This document shows positions 1-11,910 of a DNA stretch of 64,000 bases, in pieces. Origin of the DNA: Eledone cirrhosa (Eukaryota); the NCBI GenBank assembly GCA_964016885.1, contig OZ024743.1, forward strand, positions 72,974,001-73,038,000, in the 5' to 3' direction. The notes under the pieces are model-generated. The model was given only the letters and a program-made list of their open reading frames with translations. It was not told the origin of the DNA and did no database searches. Both the position numbers and the translations under genes were made by a program. Within the stretch, counting starts at the first letter, position 1, and every line of letters starts with the position of its first letter.

Positions 1-1419
1 GAGGTGTGATTTTGATGATATCATCCTGGGGTTCTGTAACGGGGCACTGGAGAAAGGAGTTGCCCCGAATCAGTGGAGGATCAGTAACATCGTCCCAGTG
101 CCAAAGAAGGGAGATCTCTCTAACACCAACAACTACCGGGGGATATCACTGACGTCACTTGTGGCAAAGACCCTCAACAGGATGATTCTTAACAGGATCC
201 AGCCTGAGATGGAGAAGAAGCTCAGGTACAACCAGAACGGCTTCAGAGAGGGTAGATCAACCACCAGACATCCTGATGCTGAGAAGGATATTAGAGGGAG
301 CTAGAGCAAAGTGCCTTCCTGCGGTCATGGTTTTCATTGACTTTAGGAAGGCCCTTCATTCTGTGGACCGTTACTGCCTGATGAAGATCTTACAGACTTA
401 TGGAATCCCCAAGAAGATAGTGGACCTGATATCACTGCCTTTCACCAACACCAAAGCCCAAGTCATTACACCTGATGGGATGACAGAGTTCTTTGAGATA
501 CTGGCTGGAGTGCTCCAGGGAGATACATTGGCTCCCTACCTTTTTATCATCGTAGTGGACTATTGTATGCGCCTTGCACTGGAGAAACACCAGGACTCTG
601 GCTTTAGTGTATCACCGGCTCAGAGCGGGAGAGTTAGGGCGAAAAAGGTATCGGATGCTGAATTTGCCGACGACATAGTTTTGGTGACAAATACAGTGAA
701 GGAGGCAGAGGATTTGATGCGGGAGGTTGAGACTGTGTCGATGAGTGTGGGGCTGAGAATGCACGAGACTAAAACAAAATATCTGGTAGAGAATGTTGAG
801 AAGCCAGAGGGGATCACTAATGTAGGCGGGAAGCCGCTGGAATTGGTTGAGGACTTCCTGTATTTGGGAGCAAAGATTGGGAATACGGAGGATGATCTGG
901 TTGAGAGGAATAGCAAGGCCTGGGCTGCGTACCACAGCTTGAGATCGGTGTCGAAGTCGGACCTTCGTGGAGACTTGAAAATCCGCCTCTTCATTGCTGT
1001 AGTGGAGTCTGTGCTGCTGTATGGGTCTGAGACTTGGACACTGACCTAGAAACTCACTCAGAAGGTGGATGGGTGCTACACGAGAATGCTGAGGATGGCT
1101 CTGAACATTAATCAGTATACACTGAGGATGAAAAACTCAGAGCTGTATGGGAGCATCCCAAAAGTCAGCTCAAAAGTGACACAGAGGAGACTGAGGTTAG
1201 CTGGATATGCTCACCGACATCCAGATTTGACATTGCACACAGTGTTCCATTGGGAGCCCCTACATGGACACACTAGAAGAGGAAGACCAAGGTTAACGTA
1301 TGTTGATGCCCTAAGGACAGACACTGGTCTGTTGGAGACGCAGGACATGGCAGCGATTATGAGGGACAGAGACCGCTGGAGAGAACTCGTCCATGGATCT
1401 CGGGAATTGTACCCGCCTT

Positions 1420-1420
<1 letters not shown>
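1..1420 (+). mobile_element. RTE-clade non-LTR retrotransposon, 3' part of RT ORF (frameshift ~270, stop 1047-1049)
   Basis: ORFs 98-304, 276-1049 and 1065-1421 carry RT motifs PKKGDLS..NYRGISLTS, QNGFREGRST, FIDFRKA, GVLQGDTLAP, FADD, YLG, LLYGSETWTL and the RTE-type tail RGRPR..DRDRWR. It ends directly in (TA)n. Confidence 0.9.
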
Positions 1421-1506
<86 letters not shown>

Positions 1507-1550
1507 TAAATACATATATACATATATATATATACATATATAAATATATA

Positions 1551-1614
<64 letters not shown>

Positions 1615-1633
1615 TATATATATGTGTATTATG

Positions 1634-1665
<32 letters not shown>

Positions 1666-1735
1666 AGATTATATCTTTATATATATATGTGTGTGTGTAT
1701 ATATATATGTGTGTGTATGTATATGTGTATATGTC
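1421..1735. repeat. (TA)n/(TG)n microsatellite
   Basis: Read directly from the sequence. Confidence 0.95.
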
Positions 1736-3251
1736 GGTCAAATTAGGTTTCTACTTAAGATATATGGTATTGGTTTCAACGTAGACAACTCTGTATGATG
1801 CTCTGCTTAATTTCAATCCATTTGCTATATTCCCTTACTGTCATTGTTCAATGTAACTAAAATGATACAGGATATTTTCGGTTATGTAACTAGTATGATA
1901 AAATGTCTTTAATAATCCCTCTCGTGCTTTGAAAACGAGATGTTAGTTTCTGACTATTTACGGCGGTTTCTCCCCAAACAATGCGTTTGTAGACGTCAGT
2001 TTACATTGCTCACTATTTAAAATTACATGCCAAAGAGATGTTGTATGTCAGAGAAATATCAAATGAGTAAATAGACGAATGATCCTTTTGCATCTGTCTT
2101 CAAAGTGTGAATGCTAAGTTCGAATAATTAGAATGCTGTCGAATTCAATCAAATCAATACAAGCGAAATACGAAATTATTTGAAATTGAATACGATTTAT
2201 CAACTTGCTTTAGTAGCTGAAATTATATCAATTTTAACGTAAATCAAAAGTTTATCCCGTAAGCTATCACATGATATTTGATATATTGTTAACTCTTTCT
2301 AAACACTCTTTTGAGATTTTACTTAATTCTACTAAATCTAAATTTGAACAAGTTATTAGTTTCATGGAACTAGAATTATATCCGCTAAAAGTGTCATCAA
2401 ATATCCTGGGATTCTCTATGTTTCTACTCTATGTTGATTTCAAATATCTCATGAATTTCACCTAAAACTTCAAATGGAAGATTATATCTCGTGGACTTAT
2501 ATTTTTTATAGTATTATGTATGGAAATATCTGCTTAATATTACATCACTTAAGGCTTCATTCACAAATATCGAAATTGATATTGCCTTCCTGAAGGAAAT
2601 TTTCAAATATTTGTGGTTGTGTATTCGAAATTTCGACATTAATCCACTAAAAACTAATGCATTTTAATGTCCCTATTTTGATTACATTGTAACTGAAAAA
2701 ACACTCATCAGGGTTGATTTGAAATGGTATTTGCATGAATGCATCCTATTAGTTGATAGCCTCAAATTATAATTGAACTAATGGATACAGATCATATCAG
2801 TTTTTATTGATACATGTAAGTCATATTTCAACATAACACGTTCAATGTAAAACGTTGTTTTGCGTTTTTGTTGCCTTTACATTCTTCTAGGTTCCACATA
2901 CAGATAAATGTATCAAGGATATTTTTTTCCAATATAATTATATATTTTGTTTTTATACTTAATATTCTACTATGACACGCTGTTACGCCCTTTCTATGGG
3001 CATTTCACTTCTCTGGGATTGTTCATGTTCTAATTTCTGATCTGTTCTAACTCTCGTGGATGGTTTATTATTAAGATTCCCCTTACTTTCAATGAATGCA
3101 TGGTGTAGTGTAATTGTATAACAGACTTTCAGATTTTCAATATCATTTGTTCGTTGTCTTTGCCTGCGGAACAAAGTTTCTAGAAGTTTCCTAGACGTTT
3201 AGTTACATAACAATACGTACGAGTGAACATGAGATATTGTTTATATATGTA

Positions 3252-3931
3252 CTAGCAGAATGGCCCGGCGTTGCTCCGGATTCTAAATATAGATTGGCAT
3301 GTTTATCCCTCCTTTCTGAAACAGTACAGAGATGTACGGAATACCTCGGCCTCGGATGGCGTCTAAATGTTGTTCTTATAAAAAAACTTCGTCTTAGATT
3401 ACCAGGGGTTTTTTTCCGCGCGAAGAAAATCAATACTTTATCGCGAAATAAATACCTTTGTTTATATTTTGTTATTGTGTATGCAAAATTATCTATACAC
3501 GAATATATAATTATATATATATATTAAAATAACAGATTAAAGTGTAAGCAAAGAATCGCTGCTTTCACCATTAACGGGATCTTCTGAAACTAAAAAATTC
3601 AATCTGTGAACGCAGAAGTAAATATTTCGAAAGACGTTACACACTATATATATATAAACACACACATATAGCGTCATAATGCCCTAATACACACAGATAT
3701 TATAAGGGCGCACGTTATATCTATGTATCTATCTAAAAAGAAAGACTAAGAATTATAGAGAGAGATCGCTAAATCGCCTAATACGGTCCCTAGCGCATTG
3801 AAAATTTGAAATATATTTTGCTCAAAACACTCACAGGACCGTAAGTATTAACTGTGTAAAGTTTGAAAACAATCGGTTGGATGGTTCTCGAGTTTTAGAC
3901 AGACAGACATTCTCTGTTTTAGATATATAGA
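3252..3931 (-). mobile_element. non-autonomous Helitron
   Basis: On the minus strand it reads A|TCTATATATC...GTCTGTCT at the 5' end, has a subterminal hairpin CCGG-AGCAACG-CCGG, and ends CTAG|T. This is the canonical TC...CTRR structure at an AT site. Confidence 0.75.
3534..3605 (-). ncRNA. hammerhead-like motif, CAGAAGA-core family, copy 1
   Basis: Reverse complement: AGTTT-CAGAAGA-TCCCGTTAATGGT-GAAA-GCAGCGATTCTTTGC-TT-ACACT. Same family as 53969, 62942 and 63203-63476. Confidence 0.45.
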
Positions 3932-4397
3932 TTATGTGTGTGTGGAAATGAGATATATTGTTCTTGTCATTTATATAGTCGGTGTTGTGAAGGCGTCCCT
4001 GAGCAGGAAGTGGCAGCAGCTGGAAATCCGCGTGCAATACACTTATTTAGGACACCGGATGTTTGCATGATTTGTTTTGTTGTTGTATACGCCATGAACA
4101 AATATATAATGGCTGGCATTCTGAACGTAATACTTGTCTCTTTTTTGTATATCACGAAACCATCCTTATTAATTTTAAAAGGTGTAATTGTCTGTGCAAG
4201 AGGAGTCTCCTCCATAATCTCCTCTCCGTAGCTCATAATTGTAGATTAGTATAGCCTCAATACAGAGAATACCAAGGGTTTAAGTCTGCAATGGACTGGT
4301 GTCCAATCAAGAGAGGATTCTTGTACTATCAGTCACTTAACACCAATAAAATGGGAATAAAGTCGACATGATGAGGATTGGAAAAAACTATAATATT

Positions 4398-4578
4398 CGT
4401 TTCTACTTTTGTCACAAGGCCAGCAATTACCCAGTACATTAATGGTACTTTATTTTATCGACCTCGTAATGATGAAAGACAAAGTTAACCTCGGCGGGAT
4501 TTGAACTCAGATCATAAAAGGCCGTAACTCTAAGCTGCAAAGCATGGTGTACGACTCTCTACCGATACTGCCAATCCC
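4398..4578 (-). mobile_element. tRNA-derived SINE family A (Meta-like central domain)
   Basis: Reverse complement has A-box TGGCAGTATCGGTAGAG, B-box GAGTTCAAATCCC and a variant of the body TTTGCCTTTCATCCTTACGGGGTCGATAAAATAAAGTACC. Many copies occur in the window. Confidence 0.85.
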
Positions 4579-6691
4579 TATAATATTACGGAATCAATGT
4601 GTATAATTTATCTATTATCAACGTTGCCTTATATGGATTGAGTTCAAGATGTGGCTGCTATTACCGTATTATTAGTATTTTGTATAAAGTCTGGAAATTT
4701 TCATTTCGAATGTTTCCGGTATAAAATCTTTATTCCCATCCTTATGAACATGACTATTACGAAAATGTATTCTGTCCCTGTCTCTATTGGGTATCATTTC
4801 AAATATTTCCCCATATTTGTGTCTCATGAATTTTATACAAAGAACTGCCAATACCAAGCAATATATTATTTAATGGTTAAATTAGAGATATTATCTTATC
4901 CTGAGTCAAACTTGTATAGTGTTTTAAGGAAGAACACAACCTATCAGAATTCTCTATGGGCTGTTTTACATATATAATACCATCATATTTTATGGAAAGA
5001 GAAAAAAACAAATATATACAGTCTATGGTGTTGTTTTATGATTATTATATATGAATCATGGTACAGGTTCATATTAACGAGTGTTTAACTCTATCCTGAG
5101 ACATGTGTCTCCTATCCAGTTGGAAGGTCATAGAAAGTATAATATATATTAAGAACTTTATTCCTCTTTATCCCCTCACCACCATCTAGCAACACACTAT
5201 TATCTCCTATCATGAAAGAGCTGTTAATAATGGTAGCGACTGTACTAGTTGTCAGTAAAATAGAATCATAAATGGTTTCCAGGTGGTAACGAATCAATAA
5301 TAAAATATATTTCTGTAAATGTGTTCCTCTGCCATAACAGAGTAAGCCATTCCAACCTTTTACAATAAATAAAATTCTTTCGATGTTTTTTTACTGCTCG
5401 GCTAGTGTATATGTAATAGTTATTACATTTTCTATCGTAGAGAGATAGTAGTATGATATCACAATATAATAACTTATGTCACACAAAATACATTTTCTTA
5501 TGGCAACTATTCAAACACTACCTTCTAAACTTGCCAATTTCTCTCACATTAGCTATGTCCAATTAATGCGAATATTTTTATGTGATTTCCTTTGAACTTA
5601 ATTCGTATTCTTGTACTGTTATATTCATTTGAAATGTACATTTCAAAGGTAAAGTTATATTATTATTCTCTCCCTCCTCTCTTCACCTTCTTACTATATA
5701 AATGCCTAAACTTTGTGAAACTTATTTTGAATAGTTCCAGTCCAAATTACCACCTCTAGCAAAACTCAGCGAACATTAGAACGAAATTACTGCAAAGCCA
5801 GGTATATTTATTGTCGCATTGAAACAGGCCTGCTTGTAACGTTGTGTATTCCACATGATTTGATAGATAAAAATAGCCATTCAAATCACTGGCAAAACAC
5901 TGTAGAGTTCATCTAGAGCTGAGTTGTAGGATTGGTATAGAAGCCATCTGATGTGTTTAGTAACTGACTATATTCTCCAAACAATATGACTGAAGTAAAA
6001 ATTTAGTCGTCTGTAAAATATATTGCTTCGTCAGCTCCTTGAATTAGAAGTTGTTTTTAACTAGGATTTTAACCTTTTTTCCATTGTTGAAGCTGGTTCA
6101 TCATTTTCGTAGATGGCTTTCTAACTGTCAGTTATTTCAGATACTCGTTTGTATTTGTTAAGTTCATTAAAAGAAGAACTATTTTGTTATTCATGTTTCG
6201 TAGATATTTACATCGTCATTAACATAGTTTTGAGGTCCTACAATGGAAACGTTTTAATAGTTTTCTATGCTCATCAGACCTCTATCCCTCTGTAAAAATG
6301 CGAAATATAATATACTATATTTGATTTGATCTCTGTATTCTAAATGCAGTCATTTAATCCCCGTTTTGTTTTCTTCCGTATATTAAGTCTTGCTAGAGTA
6401 TATCAATGGTCAATTGAGACTATTACAACTTATTTCAAGATGTTGATTGCTATTTTAAGTGCTAATATTATGTCCCTATAATATACTTTCATAGCCATTT
6501 CTTTTATTTGTGTACTCTGTGTAATATCTATTTCATTGAGCCATGCGTCAGTATCTCTGTGTTTCATCAAATGCTCGTATCGTAGTTTCTTTATCCCACA
6601 TATTAATGATTTTTACTAATTTTGCATTCTTCAAGTATGCGGTGGCGCCTTATTCTCGTCGAAATTTTTCGACATTCTGTCTCGTTAATTA

Positions 6692-6880
6692 ATTGTTTCT
6701 ACTTTGGGCACAAAGCCAACAATTATCCCAGTGTATTACTGGTACTTTATTTTATCGACCCCGTAAGGATGAAAGGCAAAGTTAACCTCGGCGGGATTTG
6801 AACTCAGAATGGAAAGAGCCGTAACTCTTTGCTGCAAAGCATGGCGTCCGATCCTCTACCGATACCGCCAATCCACCGCC
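6692..6880 (-). mobile_element. SINE family A
   Basis: Full-length copy of the same consensus. Confidence 0.85.
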
Positions 6881-7192
6881 CTGTAAATTAATGTAATCAC
6901 TGTTATATTTTTTCCGTGGTCTGTCACCCTCAGCGTATAAGTAGAGAGTGTCCATACACAAGAGAGTTTTGTTTAATATCTGACTATAGATCTGTTTAAC
7001 ATCGTAGTTAAAAGGTGTAATGCTAGATGGAGAAGTTGTGAGAGGGATTCCTCTTGGAAGGTTTTTCTTTAAGATCAGATGCCTTTAAATTCAGATGTTT
7101 GTTTTCGTTGGCATGATATATCCTTGAGCAAGGTATTTACTTTTGCTTTGCTCCAGTTCACTTGTAAATTATAGGATTTACAAGGTATTATA

Positions 7193-7340
7193 GTGAAGGC
7201 GCGTGGCTTAGTGGTTAGAGCATTGGGCTTGCAATCGAAAGGTCGTGAGTTAAATTCTCGGACCGGGTGGAGTGTTGTTTCCTTGAGCAAGACACTTTAT
7301 TTCACGTTGCTCCAGTTTACTCAGCTGTAGAAATGAGATG
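7193..7340 (+). mobile_element. tRNA-derived SINE family B (CORE-like)
   Basis: Head GGCGCGTGGCTTAGTGGTTAGAGC followed by CCTTGAGCAAGACACT. Homologous to 55453-55600, with partial copies at ~7100-7170 and ~7730-7795. Confidence 0.75.
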
Positions 7341-8134
7341 ATAGGACTGAGGTCCCTATCAATAAATCACCCAAGACACCTCCAACGAAATATAACTTCG
7401 AGCAGGCCAGCTTAATCTGCGTATTATTACGAGTTAGTTTTATCTTTAATCACATGTGCTAAGATGTTGTTCCCCTGGGTGTGCTTGTCAAGTCTGATAT
7501 CCGTGACATCCAGCACCTCATTCAATTTTTCTCCTTGGAATTAGGTGAGCCTGTCACATGTGACATCCCTTACAGCCAGCATCTCTTTCATATATCTGTC
7601 CTTGTAAAATATAATAGACAGAAATTTGTTATATCTTTATCTCATGGAATGTCATTAATTTCTTAAGAAGTAAATCACAAGAGTTATTGGCTAGGGTGCC
7701 TGTCGCATGATCGTAAGGCCATATGTTTGTTTTCGGTGGCATGATATATCCTTGAGCAAGGTATTTACTTTTGCTTTGCTCTAGTTCACTCAGGTAGCAA
7801 GAACTAGTTATACCTGTAAGACAAATTGCCACACTTGTCACAGAATATGTCCCATTGAATCTCCCTGAATAAAAACTATTTCACGATATGTTGATGATTA
7901 ATTTTCTGCCATTCAGGTGGAATCTTCATATTTATGTCAAAAGTATTGTGTGCTGGAATATATCATATATAGTGAAATATGTAGCACAGCATCTGTACTG
8001 TGTAACATCTAGGATCATAAGATCATCTCCATCTGTCACTGGTTCATATTTGCATTATATGTGTGCGTGCGTATGTTTATATACAAAAATATTATGTAGA
8101 AGTTGAGCACAGGATTGTTGCAAATATAAATGAA

Positions 8135-8853
8135 AGTATATGTATATATATATATATATATGTGTGTGTGTATGTCTGTGTGTGTGTGCGTGTGTATGTG
8201 TGTGTGTGTGTGTGTGTGTGTACACTATATATACACATAAACACACATAGATATCTATATATATTGAAAACTACATATGTTGACATATATTATACGAGAT
8301 GAGATGTTCACTTAGATTGAACTGTAAGTATTATTAGTTACATTCTTACAGAGATAGCGATATATCGTAACACATATCTGTACATATGTGTATAAGTATG
8401 TGTTGCATATGTGTGTATGTGTGTGTGTCTGCGTGTGTGCATATATTTATGAGTTTACGTGCGTACGAGTATGTGTGTGTGTATCTTCGTGAAAGCATAT
8501 CGCTTATGATATTACTACACTCTATGTGTCCACTTGTCGCATCGCTTATTTCAATAGAGTCAATTTAATTTTCCATTTTTTTTTTTTTTTTTGTATCGAT
8601 TTTCCACTCGGCTTCACATCAAGGCTTCTCTCATCCTCTCAAGAGAAGGCTTTCATATACGATTTTTAACTCACGCTTTCTTTAATAGTTGTTATATATT
8701 GCCATGGATTGAGAATGCTGTTTTTTATCACGTACCTTATCTTACGTGTTGCTATACACATCAGCTAAGACATGTTCACAACATTCCATTATATAAATAT
8801 GTGTGTGAGTGTGAGTGTATGTGTGTGTGTGTATTTGAGTGTGTGTGTGTGTG

Positions 8854-8950
<97 letters not shown>

Positions 8951-10035
8951 TATATATTTGTATCTGTCTATCTATGTATCTATATATTTATATATTTATA
9001 TAGCTCCGTAGATACATATGCAAACATTCATATGAATGCTTATATACACATACATACACAGGCATATATATATATATATATTTGTATGTGTGTGTATGTA
9101 TGTGTATGTGTGCGCGCGCGCGCGCGTGTGTGTGTGTATGCATTTTGCTATATGTGTGCCACAACACAAATGACAGTAATAATTCTCCATCTCTATAAAT
9201 TTTCCCAACTATATAAAAGGATCGACTATTATTCGAATTTCAAATTTCAATTTTTCGCAATACTTTTACTCCACCCGCATTGCATATAAGTATGTTTACA
9301 TATATATATATATATATATACATATGTCTGCGTGTGTGTGTTTGTGCGCGCACACATATGCCTGCGTGTGTATTTGTGTATATATGGTTGCATGTGTATA
9401 AATATATACGTATTAAACCACACACACACACATATATATATAAACATTTTGTTTCATATAGGCATGTATGTGTATGTTATTCAAGCATTATATTTTCACC
9501 ATAATGCATATTGAAAACCTATCACAACGACACACAAATCAAAGCATTTTAAGAAGTGAAATATTAATAAAATTGCTGGGAACTTCACTACATTTAAATG
9601 CGTATTTATTATGAAAAAATATTTAAAATTCGTAAAGATTTTAAAATTTATACCCTGCATTTTCTTTATCAATTTCAAACGAAAGCAGAAAAAAATCTGG
9701 CAAGTTATAATGCTAATATAAGAGATGTAATGCAGCTGTCTATTGTGAAGAAACTAGGAGGATATGTAATGCATTTACAAACGAGCACCTCATGCAACTT
9801 ACAAACGCACACGCACAAACAACGCCAACCACTCACACCTCGAAACATATATATGATATATATATATATATGTATATATGTGTGTGTGTGGGGGGGTGTC
9901 TGTGTATGTGTGAATGTATGTAGGTATGTGAGTGTGTGGGTGAGTGTGTACGTATACATGTTTGCCTGTTATTGCATGTTTGATACTACAGGCTATACGC
10001 CACCACGCATATCTTTTTCTATCTCTATCGCTATT

Positions 10036-10070
<35 letters not shown>
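8135..10070. repeat. compound (TA)n/(TG)n/(CA)n microsatellite cluster
   Basis: Read directly; it accounts for the YIYI/VCVC low-complexity ORFs. Confidence 0.9.
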
Positions 10071-10072
<2 letters not shown>

Positions 10073-10915
10073 TGGTGAAGGGTTGGGGGGAGTGGCTGTG
10101 TAAATGTGTAACTCTGTGTATCTAAATGCCTGCGCTGGTGTGTCTAGCTACAACACAAAATGTTACGTTATTAAATATAGTTCATGAGTTTCACAAGTAC
10201 GTTGAGAATTTCAAATAGAAAGAAAGCAACGAAGAATAAGGAAACCAGATATTGAATATAACAAATGTATTTGAGAATGCAAAAAAATATGATTCCATAG
10301 ATTATTATGAATCGAAAAGCTATAGCACAGCATTGCACAAATTCAAATTCATTTGAAGCTAAATGGAAACTCGTCTAACTTATATATTTTATCCATTTGG
10401 CAAAAAATATATATATATATATATATTTTTATTTTTATTTTTTGCTATTCAGTAATATATATCTTGCATATTGATTTATAGTATCATTTATTTCAAGAGT
10501 GTCGGAGAATATGCATAATATTGATTTCTTGCATTGGCACAAGACTATAATTTATTGGGTGGTTTATTCAAATAAAGTGGTCAAAGTACATGACTTATGA
10601 AAAACATTGTCTCTGCAAACATGAATATTTGAAAATGTTTTCCTTGTGGTATTTGATATTAGAATGTAGACAGATTAACCAAAATTTAATACGTCATTGA
10701 ATATGGTTCTCTATCGGTTTTACAATGTATATAATGCGATCGAAAGTTGTCGGTTCTACAATGTATATAATACGATCGAAAGTTTGTCTGAATATTTTGA
10801 AGCAAAGTATGGAGAAAGAATTAAATTTCCATTAATGTAGAAAGGATAATAATATGACAAAGACAATTGAGTTGGATCTAAATGTTATGTTTGGTTGTAA
10901 AAGCAAGAGAAATAT

Positions 10916-11012
10916 CTTCTTCTTCTTCTTCTTCTTCTTCTTCTTCTTCTTCTTCTTCTTCTTCTTCTTCTTCTTCTTCTTCTTCTTCTTCTTCTTCTTC
11001 TTCTTCTTCTTC
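10916..11012. repeat. (TTC)n microsatellite (GAA tail of adjacent LINE end)
   Basis: Roughly 30 perfect TTC units. Confidence 0.95.
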
Positions 11013-11370
11013 ACCCACATATTTTTGAGAGGGTTGTCAGTGCAGCAGCTATACCTGAAGTGACACTCTCATCTCCAAGATACCTATGCTATTAAGTAAC
11101 GTTACTGTAAAGACTTTTCGGATGAGAGGGTCGTGGGGGCAGAGTCCTAAAACACTCCTTGCAGCGGATCCGTCAGTAGCAATCGTCTCTAATTGATACG
11201 ACGGGATCCCCAAGTGAGACCAACCAAAATGTCCAGCGATTATTTCCTGAGACATTGTACCCATATGTCCATAATATCGGAGCAGTGTTCTCTGAATTCT
11301 AGCCGGAACGAAACCCTGATCTTCGAGCTACGCACTCTATCGAGAATTCGGAGGAACACCAAGTGAAATA
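11013..11370 (-). mobile_element. 3' end of RTE-like LINE with (GAA)n tail
   Basis: Reverse-strand translation RIQRTLLRYYGHM..QLETIATD. The 3' end ACCCTCTCA..GTGGGTGAAGAAG resembles 14975-15094. Confidence 0.55.
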
Positions 11371-11479
11371 TAATTCAGTAATCAATGAAATATAATATAG
11401 TAATGAAAGTATATCCGTGGCGCAATGTTTAGGATGTGTGTTTAATGCCTTAACAAAACTTGATGACTGATTTACTGTA

Positions 11480-11910
11480 TGTATACCTATCTACTTGCAT
11501 ACATACTTATATACATACATATACATATACACATACATAAATATATACATACACACATAAATACATATATACATACTTACAAAATACATACATATATACA
11601 TACACACATATATCTACCTACATACACACTCGCATACGTACATAATATATAGGAACATACACACACATACATACACAGATACACACATGCATATATATAT
11701 ACATACATGCATTCATACATACATTCATACATACATAGATACATAAATATATACATGCATACATACATAGATACATACATTCATGCATACATAAATACAT
11801 AAATACATTCATACATACATACATACATACATACATACATACATACATACATACATACATACATACATACATACATACATACATACATACATACATACAT
11901 ACATACATAC
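11480..11910. repeat. (CATA)n microsatellite
   Basis: Read directly; it resumes at 14248 after the inserted LINE. Confidence 0.95.

Larger units (their letters stand above)
2983..6250 (-). pseudogene. decayed FN3-repeat coding remnants (minus strand)
   Basis: Frame-broken translations resemble FN3 strands: DIENLKVCYTITL..STRVRT (~3050-3150), IADLNP-G (~4275), S*TQSI*GNVDN (~4620-4650), ETGTEYIFVI (~4760-4785), FIIDSLPPG-TIY (~5270-5305), R*TLQCFASDLNGYFIYQIMW (~5850-5915). TGA often stands where Trp is expected. Interrupted by a Helitron and a SINE. Confidence 0.4.

Noticed and set aside
7193-7270. tRNA gene (also 55453 and ~49750)
   Set aside because: No proper acceptor stem, and the 7193/55453 copies continue into a SINE body, so these are tRNA-derived SINE heads.
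10714-10784. 36-bp direct repeat resembling a CRISPR repeat (also short tandems at 63480-63540 and 59775-59865)
   Set aside because: Adjacent tandem copies without spacers, eukaryotic context, no cas genes.
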